Shown here: piece after piece, positions 54,626 through 64,000 of the stretch
Numbering within the stretch: the first letter of the stretch is position 1
Layout of the letters: every line of letters starts with the position of its first letter
Assembly (NCBI RefSeq): GCF_009914755.1
Contig: NC_060926.1
DNA length: 64,000 nt
Strand: one strand, 5' to 3'
Origin: the human T2T-CHM13v2.0 reference genome, Homo sapiens
Made by a program: the position numbers and the translations under genes
Notes under the pieces: model-generated
Database searches by the model: none
What the model saw: only the letters and a program-made list of their open reading frames with translations
What the model was told of the DNA's origin: nothing

Positions 54626-56631
54626 GAAATTAATATTGGCATCAACATTATCATCATTATTATCAGTAGTAGTGCTATTTTCTTCAGAGCAAAAGTGATG
54701 GCATACCCCCAAATTATGATCCAGAGAAAACACTTCAATGAGGATCTCAGAGAATGCAGTATACATGTGCAACTTATTGGTGGCCTAACTAAAGCAAGGA
54801 TAAAATTTAGGTTATTAGGAGGAATAAATGAACTGCTTATCCTTCAGGCAGTTTCCCATATTATTTCTTATAACTGCAATTTTTATATTTGGACAACAGA
54901 GAATTCTTTGGCATGAAACTGTAATGTCCTTTATGCTGCTGCCTAGGGAAAATCCATGTACTTTGATAGCCAATTGAGTGGATAGTACAATTAATTATCC
55001 ACAATGAAAATGAAAGAAACAGTCTCGGTTGAATAATCATCCGACCTTCACATAGAGTAAAGTGAAGTAGTAAATGTCAGATTTAATATTTTCCTCAGAA
55101 AACAATACTTAGGTAAATGGGAAAATAAAAGCCCTGAAATTCTTTTCCATGGAGCATTGCTCTAATAATTTTAGCCTGGCAAAATTTCAGAGAACCATTA
55201 CGAATCACTGACCATAGAAAAATTTCAGTAATGGAGCCATGGGAGTTTTAATTTTAAAGTAATACAACTTCTTGATGAATTCTTCAGGAATAATTAAATG
55301 GCTAAAATACATCTCTGAATAGCTAAGTGGGTTAACTTTTTCTATAAGATGTCATGTTTAAATGACAGTTTAGTGTTGGAAAAATATCTCCCCCAAATAG
55401 ATATGTTTTGCTTTTAGAATATTAGTCCTTAATTCATTTTTCTTGACAATAATTGGACATCATGTCTGTCTATTGAGACTTCTCTTGCTTTGGGATATTA
55501 AAAATATAAAATTGTCCACATTCTATTTACTGTGAAGGAGGTGCATGCATGCAAATCAGCCCAAATCAGTTCAAGTCATTAGGATACTTGTTTTAAAAGG
55601 ATGGGCAAAGCATCCTGCTCTTTCAGACCACTTAAAATTATTACCTGAAATTTGGTCAGTTTTCTAGGAAAAGAAGATAGCTTGGAATTGGGGGGGAAGG
55701 GGATTATCCCCCTCTATTCTAAGAAAAATATCTAGAAAGTGTAAAAGTAGGAGAAAATCCACAACACAACATTGGAAACTCCAGAATAAAGCCTCAAAAC
55801 TACCACTAATTTAAAATTCTTTCTACTTGAATAAGTGGAGCTGGAGCATGAACAAAGAATTTACTCTTAAATCATGGGCCTAGAAGAGAAGGATAGTCCT
55901 ATAGGAGTATGCAGTAGATACCCTGGGGGACATAAGCCTTGCTGAGCTTGGAAAGTGAACTGTGAGGCTGATGAGGCAAACTCTACATAGGACCCTATTG
56001 AGTCAGCAGAGATCTTGTACACTGCAGGGGCGCCGGATCTGGGGACTCAGAAAAGTAAAGGAGCAGGAAATCTGCAGTAATGATGACTGCAGAGAGTTGG
56101 CTGAACACTCTAGTGACAGACTTCCAAGATGAAATAGAATTGGGACACCAATGGCTGTTGATCTGTAATAGTGGCATTCTGATACTGAGTGGGAGGTTTT
56201 GTTAACTGAAAAAGTAATAAGATTGGTCCAAAGAAACAAGACAATTGGTTCACCTGGAAGTATTCCAGGTCTCACCAAATCCAGCCACTGACCCAGAGGT
56301 TTCTGCAAAGACAGGGAAGAAAGCATGCAGAGACAAAGTTGGCCTGCTGGGATCATTCATTGCCTTAGCAGCTCCACTCACTCGTCTTACTTACTATGTG
56401 AACACATGAGAAGCAAGTCCTTTAGATTGGGTTTTAAAAGAACTTCTCTAACAGCATGAAAGTAGAAAATGAGGAAGCCTACAAAGAATCTCCTGCCCTA
56501 TTTTTGTGGAGCTCTTATCAGGCATAGATAGTCCTCCACCTTTGAAAAACTCAAAGTGGAGCCTATGAAAAGATTTTACAATAAAATGGAGAATAAAGTA
56601 TTCAAAAGGCAGAGGAAAAACATTAATTTAA

Positions 56632-57274
56632 AGTAGACTTTATCTTTTAGAGCAGCTTTAGGTTCAAAGCCAAATTGAGCAGGAGGTACCCAGAGTTCCT
56701 GCATACCCTGGTCCCCACACATGCATAGATAACCTCCCCATTATCAACATCTTGCAGCAGAGTGGTACATTTGTTACAACTGATGAACCTACATTGACAC
56801 ATGAATATCACCCAAATTCTGTGGTTTACATTGGGCCTCACTCTTGGTATTGTACATTCCAGGGGTTTGGACAAATGTATAATGATATGTATCTAGCACT
56901 ATAGTGTCATAAAGAGTAGTTTCACTGCCCTCAAAATACCTCTGCGCTTGAATAGTCATATTCATCCCTCCTTTTTCCCAACTCCTGGAAACCACTAATG
57001 GCTTTACGGCCTTGATAGTTTTCCCTTTTCCAGGATGTCATATACTTGGAATCATACAGTATGTAGCCCTTTTAGGTTGGCTTTTTTCACCTAGTAATAT
57101 ACATTTAAGTTTCCTCCATGTCTTTTCATGACCTGTTAGCTCATTTCTTTTTAGCACTGAGTGATAATTCCATTGTCTGGATATACCATAGTTTATTTAT
57201 CTGTTAACTTACTGAAGAACATCTTAGTTGCTTCCACATTTTGGCAATTATGGTAAAGCTCCTATAAACATCCA
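56632..57274 (-). mobile_element. L1MC (L1MC1/2-like) 3' end
   Basis: TTTTAGAGCAGCTTTAGGTTCA, GAGTGGTACATTTGTTACAACTGATGAACCTACATTGACAC. Confidence 0.88.
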
Positions 57275-57651
57275 AAAACTTATTTAAAAAAATTATATGT
57301 GTGGCAAAATGTTCTAGATTCTATCTGCTTCCTCTTTTTGACAAAGGAAGAAAATGTAGAATACATAGGATAAGAGTTGATAGGTTAAAAAGGAGGGATT
57401 ATTAAAATGGAGCCCTCTCAGAGATCAATAATATAGGAAACTAAGGTTCTGAAGTTATGGAAGAAATTTCAAAATGTTTTAAAAGCAATTAAGAGCAAAA
57501 ACTACACAACAGAAAATTAAAGAGTGTATTGATTTCAGAATGCAGATAATAGCATTTAACTGAACAGAAAAAAATGTGATATGGAAAACAACAAAGAATT
57601 TCTGAAGAAATCAGAACAAATTAAACGAAAATTCTATTAAAACACGTAATA

Positions 57652-57812
57652 GGCCAGGTGAGGTGGATCACGCCTGTAATTACAGCACTTGGGGAGGCTG
57701 AGGTGGGAAGAGATTGCTTAAGCCCAGGAGTTCAAGTTTACGGTGAGGTGTGACCATGCCACTGCCCTCCAACCTGGGTGACAGAGCAAGATTCTATCAT
57801 AAATAAATAAAA
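57652..57812 (+). mobile_element. Monomeric Alu (FRAM/FAM-like)
   Basis: Single arm GGCCAGGTG...AGCCCAGGAGTTCAAG...CCTGGGTGACAGAGCAAGA plus an A-rich tail. Confidence 0.85.
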
Positions 57813-57982
57813 CAACCATGTAATGGAAGGAAACATGTCAAAGCTTAAAGATATAATTTGACAGATCACAAACTGCCCTCCAACTTGGGTAACAGAGCAA
57901 GATTCTATCATAAATAAATAAAACAACCATGTAATGGAAGGAAACATGTCAAAGCTTAAAGATATAATTTGGCACATCACAA
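57761..57982. repeat. 111-bp tandem duplication (2 copies)
   Basis: Units start at 57761 and 57872; I count 4 substitutions. Confidence 0.97.
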
Positions 57983-58174
57983 AATTTATAAAATTAATTT
58001 TAAAAGACCAAGACATGGACATAGTCAAGATATTGAAATTTAAGCAAAAAGAACCTAACATTTTGGCAGGAAATAGTGAATAAATAAAACTGCTTGCCAA
58101 GAAAACCATATATTCTTAGATCTCTTTCACAGTTGTAGAAAAGAATAAATAACTAGCTTTCCATCCCACATTTG

Positions 58175-58640
58175 TTCTACAAGAGAAATTTTCAGATATA
58201 TACAAAAGTAGGAAGACTTCCACATCAACCTAAATATACCCATTCCCCAGTTTAAACAGTATTGACTCATTGCCAACTGGTTTCATCTATATCTCTGCCC
58301 ACTCTCCCACCCCCCAATCTTGTAAGCAATTCTAAACACTGTATCATTTCATTCATAATTACTTCAATATATCTCTCTAAAATGTAAGTACTCTGTAAAA
58401 AAAAAAAAAAAACCCACATAACTACAAACCATTACCATACGTAAAATACACTTCTGTGTATTAGGGTATAAATCGTCCCCAGTTTATATGTTCACTTCTG
58501 GCTTATTCAAATCAGCATTCCAAATGTATTCACAAAGTGTTTAGTTGATATGTCTCTAAAGCATAACTTAATCTATGAATGACCCCCCCCCCTTATTTTT
58601 TCCCTTCAACTTATTTGTTGAAGAAATAGTTATTTCTAGA
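58175..58640 (-). mobile_element. Old L1MC/L1ME 3' end
   Basis: GAAATTTTCAGATATATACAAAAGTAG, ATCATTTCATTCATAATTACTTCAATAT, TTTAGTTGATATGTCTCT. Confidence 0.7.
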
Positions 58641-59805
58641 GTTAAAGAGCCAATGCTATAATTTAAAAATTCTAACTTAGTTAACTCATCATTTATTTGT
58701 TCATGAAATTAGAAAATGTGTCACCCATATCTCTCTCCTGAAAAGCAGCAAACAAAACATATGTAAAGAAAGAATCTCAAAGTGGAAATGTTGTGATATA
58801 GAACTGGCAATGAAAATAGGATTAAGTTTTAAAATTATAATGTAACTTACAAAGTAGAATGAAAATACTGGGGCTTGTTCTTAAAGCAAAGATACATAAT
58901 GTAAGAGTCCATAATCCTTAATGATTTTGATAAAACCATATTATTAAACTGATTTTTTCATAGTGGTCAACACATTCTTTATTCTTGAAGTGAATAACTT
59001 AAAAAGGCAAAGTTTAAGAAACCGAAGACATTTTAAGAAAGATACATACATTTTTTAGGCTTTACAACAACCTTTGCTTGATACATAATCACAAGTATAA
59101 ATATATTGAAGAGGATTTATATACTTGTTTATTACTTCTTACCAAATTCTGGACTCAACATTTCCAAGAACATTACATCTTTATTCTAACAGTCAATTTT
59201 CTGTTCTATATAAGAACAGAAAATTCTTACCTAGAATAACACCTAAAATAGGAAAAAGGGAAGAAAAGCCTTTTTCTTTAGCGTGCTTTAGAAACATATG
59301 CTTGCAAAAAAAAAAAAAAAAAAAAAGCAGAGAAATATATGCTTTTTAAATACTGGGAGTTAGGATGCGAGGAGAAATCACAAGAACCTTGGATATCCAA
59401 AAATGTTTGTTCTTAGATGTATATCTGGGAAATGTAAGACTCTTAGTTTTGCAGTCTTACTCTACCTGGGCAAACAAGAGGAGACTGACTGTGTGGTGCC
59501 TAGTTTAATAAGAGCAAGATAATAAGCTCAAAGATACATAGACGACTTTAAAATGTTTCCATGGGTTAAATTTGTGTCTAATCTGTCATCGTTAATTTTG
59601 AGTTTAGTTTCATTGTGATTAAGGAATGTTGCCTGTTTCTATTCTAGTTTTTAGAATTGGCTGAGTTTAACTGACATCCTTGTAAGTGATTCAGTTTTAT
59701 AAATGTCCCATAATTACTTGAAGAAGAACATTTAGTCCCTATTTGGTGGGTATGAATTTCTCTGTCTTTCTATCTTGATCTCTGCTTTTCTCCATGTCTA
59801 CCCTC

Positions 59806-59850
59806 CACACACACACAAACACACACACACACACACACACACGCACGCAC
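59806..59850. repeat. (CA)n microsatellite
   Basis: Direct reading. Confidence 0.95.
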
Positions 59851-59944
59851 TAGTCCAAGTTACTATTATATCCCTTCTTGCCTACTGCAGTCGACCTGAA
59901 CTAATCCCTCTGCCCAACATATGACCCCCTGTGACCCTCGTCTA

Positions 59945-60505
59945 ATGGTGAGAATAATCTTTTTGAAAACAACTCATGTAACATCACTTCTCTGCTCAAA
60001 ACCTTTATTTCGAAAGTAGATTCAAAGTGCTCACCAAGGCCTAGAATGACAAGTACAATCTGGCTCTTGATGACACTTCTGGCCTCTCCTACGACGTCTT
60101 ACTTTTTGGAACTGCTCTACTCACGGTGTACTCCCTGTTCTTCCCTCAGCCTGCCATGAAGAGTTCCACCTCAGGTCTTTTGCCTGCACCACTCCCCTCT
60201 CTACTACACTTTTTCCCAGACGTATTAATGACTTGCTCCCTCATTACTTTCAGGTTTCTACGAATACTTGTCCTTATTAAGGGGTCCTTCCTTAGACAAC
60301 CAACCAAAAATAATACCTACCCATCCCCTTACCCTGATTGAATGTCTTCATTGCTGTTAGTTACCACCTGAAACACTAAATGTTAATTAATTCATTGACA
60401 AATTGTGTTTATTACATGCCTCTCTCCATTGGGATGAAAACTACATTGTTATATCCCTAGATCCTAGAACAGTACATTTACTTAATAAATATTTTTTCAA
60501 CAAAT
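59945..60505 (+). mobile_element. L2 3' region
   Basis: TCACTTCTCTGCTCAAAACC, CCACCTCAGGTCTTTTGC, CCTAGAACAGT..TAATAAATATTTTTTCAA. Confidence 0.78.
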
Positions 60506-62929
60506 GTGACCCACTTTCATCTCTTACTTTGTATACAGGTAAAATCCATACCACCCTAATACAAGATACGGTGTGGGCTTCCAGTAGTCATCTAGTTTGC
60601 TCATATCCTGCAGTCCCCCAGTTAAGAGGGTGCTGGAATTCACTATAGTGTAGTGCCCATTGGTTAAATAGCCTAACTACTACATTCATAGTCAGAGGTA
60701 TTATTTCTGAAATTTGCCCCTGAGGTTAGTGTCATGCTTTCTGGATATAGAATCTTGACCATTTACACTATGCAGACATAAATGGGCAGCTGAGATATGT
60801 TTCCCAAGGTGAAAAACTGAGAGGCGGGGAGCAATGTTAAAGTTCTTGTGGCATTATGGAGAAACACTCTCTATGCCCCTTTCTGGGGGAAGTGTATCCC
60901 CAAGCTCCTTTCATTGAATTTCTTTTGGTGAGGGTCTTTCTGGAGATGCAAGGTGACAGCTGTGGATTTCTGAATTCCCACTAGGTGAAGCATTTTCCGT
61001 ACCAAAGTGTTCTGGAAATACTGTCCCTAACTGAGTCAGAAGCTCATTTAGTCTGGTAGGGTAAGTGTGTGTTGTGGTCTCGGATGGGCTAAGCTTAGGC
61101 CTGAAAGGTGAAATGTTCAGTCACTGCAAGTATGTTATTCGCTAGTTTTTGCCTACCCTATTTTGAGGACAAAGGTATATGCACACTAATTTCAATTCTT
61201 CCTGTTTAAATTGTCTTTAAGTTATGCTTCCTGTGTGGGCAGAGTGTTCTGCTAGAAGCAGCAGGCACAAGTTTTCCATTTGGATCTGATAACTTCTGCA
61301 ATTTGGAGGGTGGGGTAGAAATCACTGTCAAAAGTAGTTTTAAAATTTGTGTCCCCTTCAGAAATCTAAAACACCATGTAATTTTCTCAGAATTGGGAGG
61401 TACTCATGGATAAAGCCACTGTGTTCTCTGACCTTGAGCTGAAAGAATAATACCTTATTTATGAATTCACTACCCAAATGAAATTTTGAGGCCCTGGCTC
61501 ATCTGTTCAAACAGCTTATGGCTTTTTCTCTTCCTCTTTGTCACTTGAAGTGATGGAAGCAATGCATATTTTTTCTAGTGTCACATATTCGTTAGCCACA
61601 GAAAATCCCCAAATGCTCAGCCATTCCTTCTTTAAGACTGTCTTGTGTTGCCTTTGAGTCCCAGATTAGCTTGACTGTCATGGAAAACAGTTTCCATGAC
61701 CTGAACTGGAGATATTCACATCTTCTCTGCTGATATCTGATCTATAATGGCCACTGGAAAATTAAAGTCTGTTAAGGTAGACCCATTGACCCCAATGCCA
61801 ATTCATTGTGTAACAAAATATTAAAATGGCACTTTCTTCCCTCCTAGTGAGGCTAAAAAGAGTAGAAAGCAATAGTAAACAATTTCTATCATGTTCTAAA
61901 GTAACATGCCACCTACACATCCTACAAAGGATGTTTTTAACATCCAGCTCTCTGGCCACCTATAAAAGATGACAGAAAAGATGAAAAGGAATTCTTAATT
62001 AAAGAGATAATTTCTTTGTAAAAAGTTGTTGGAATGCTGTGGCATATCCCCACATAGACCACGAGAGGGGCAAGATGGATACTTGCCCTCCAGCCTCAAG
62101 TATTTTAAGAGAGGTTTCAAAGAGACCATTCAGAAAACAAGAAGTTTCTCTGGGAGCTCAAGTGACAAACTGTTGATTAGTGCCTGACATGCTTGGAAAA
62201 CCAAAGGGCAGGAAATGGAAGTGACTCATGTCAGCTCAGTAGAAGGCTGTGATTGGTGAATGACTGTTTGGTCAAAGGTTGCTTTTAAAGAACGCATGTT
62301 CCCTGTGGATATATGCAGAGAGAGAATTACTTAATGTCTTATTGGGATTTTTGCTAAGAGTGCAACCTGGATATTTGGTGGAATTCCAAAAGAAAACTTT
62401 TTGGATGGGCATAAATTGCTGAGAACCAAAATCTAAAGTGGTAGGGAATGGGGATGAGGTCATCTCATAAGCAGCCAGCTGGAAAATGCATCAGAGAATT
62501 TCAGTGATGGATCCCAAGCAACAAGTATTCTTCAGGGGCCCCACAGGGCAGACTGAGGAGAGAAATAATTAAGCATATACTGAGCTAGAAAACTACTGAT
62601 TCCAGCTTACAACTCTTTCAGTTGAGGAATCTGTTCTCATCCTTACTTTTCCCCACCACATTTCAAACTTCTCAGAACATTGGCAGTCTAGTGGATTGAT
62701 ACTGGGAGAAAGACAGCAGCTTCAGGTGTAGTCAGAAGAGAGGAAGTGACTATTTCCCCCTCTCCCATGGAAGTGTGTCCATCTATAGCGCATAGAAAGA
62801 TATTGTATTATCTAAAAGTGAGCAAATGAGAGATGGGCTCTGCCTGACACTTTATCCAAGGACAAAGAAAGGCCTGGCTCCCACAGAATAAATATTCAAA
62901 GGCAATCATGAGAAAGAACAAAGTTGCCT

Positions 62930-63383
62930 TATTATTGCTTCTTTTTTCTTGACATCAAATGTTTGTTTGTTATTCAAATCTTGTACGTCCTAAGTAGAGT
63001 TTGCCTTCTCATTCTTTGATACCTGACATAGTAGTGATAAATTTAGTAATATTGTTGTTCTGCAAATTTTCTTCTACATTAGCAGATTTTGCTTTCTATA
63101 CTTTAAATTTATGTTGTCTGATTCATAAAGGCTTGTAGTTGTTATATCATCTTAAGCCACATCAATTCCTTTGAATCCTATTTTTCACATCAATATTGTC
63201 AACTGTTCTTTTTTCTATTCATATTTTCCTAATATGTCATTTTGTATTTACTTATTTTCAAATGCATATGTCATTTGTTTTACTTGCTAGATTTGGGTGT
63301 ATATGCATATACTTTTCCCAGTCTGAGAATTCATGCTTAAAATTATAGAAATGTTATGGTCTTATTATTGCTATATTTTTCTA
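62930..63383 (-). mobile_element. Ancient L1 remnant
   Basis: T-rich antisense L1-like text (TTTGCTTTCTATACTTTAAA, TCTGAGAATT). Confidence 0.45.
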
Positions 63384-63395
63384 GCTTATTTCTCT

Positions 63396-63496
63396 TTTTT
63401 ATTTTATTTTATTATTATTATACTTTAAGTTTTAGGGTACATGTGCACAATGTGCAGGTTAGTTACATATGTATACATGTGCCATGCTGGTGTGCT
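63396..63496 (-). mobile_element. Very short young L1PA (L1PA2/3-like) 3' tip
   Basis: ATACTTTAAGTTTTAGGGTACATGTGCACAATGTGCAGGTTAGTTACATATG; perfect 12-bp TSD GCTTATTTCTCT at 63384 and 63497. Confidence 0.95.
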
Positions 63497-63913
63497 GCTT
63501 ATTTCTCTACTACTGAAAATTATCATTAAGTTTTCAATAGATGTATTTAAATACAAATTTTGCTATTGATGAAAACATCTAATCACTATCTATTAACTTT
63601 CCTGTGAATAGAAGACATTTAGCAAATGTTTATCTATTTCTTCTTCCTCCCTATTTACTTTTCAGATTTTGTAGTATTTTTTTTTTTTTACAGTTTCAGC
63701 CTCAATGTGTTAAACTACATTTTTCCATTATCCCTCTTTCATGAATCCCTATGTAATAAAAGCAGGATACTTCACAGCTACATTATAAACAATTATTTGG
63801 AGTTAAATACATTTTCCTGAACTCTTGGTTTGCCTTTCTTTTACCTTTTATATTCCTGTATCTTGGATTTTTGTTTTGTTTTATTTTGAAAAAATCGGTA
63901 AGAAATAATTTAA

Positions 63914-64000
63914 GGCTGGGCGCAGTGGCTCACACCTGTAATCCCAGCACTTTGGGAGGCCGAGGCGGGCGGATCACGAGGTCAGGAGATCAAGACCATC
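63914..64000 (+). mobile_element. AluY/Sc left arm, cut by the window edge
   Basis: GGCTGGGCGCAGTGGCTCAC...GGATCACGAGGTCAGGAGATC. Confidence 0.93.

Noticed and set aside
57761-57982. CRISPR-like or protein-repeat interpretation of the direct repeats
   Set aside because: Eukaryotic DNA with two abutting copies, no spacers and no cas genes.

Overview
AT-rich, CpG-depleted primate (human-like) genomic DNA, either intronic or intergenic. I see no recognisable protein-coding exon, RNA gene or CpG island, and I cannot identify the locus. Roughly half of the window is interspersed repeat: Alus (J/S/Y and monomers), L1s of many ages, MaLR LTR elements (THE1, MST, MLT1, including one complete two-LTR MST provirus), L2/MIR and hAT DNA-transposon relics. 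The ORF-track entries are L1/Alu remnants or chance ORFs. No new coding system is evident. The most unusual signals are structural: (1) a nested L1 stack at 30-37 kb containing an inverted L1PA and a non-L1 filler with a dense patchwork of fold-back repeats and four AGGTCA half-sites; (2) a ~160 bp copy of nearby unique DNA lodged in the 5' end of an MLT1A LTR; (3) a 111-bp tandem duplication. Several repeat-free, motif-rich blocks may be enhancers. Subfamily calls are by eye from remembered consensus sequences, and the boundaries of old repeats are approximate.
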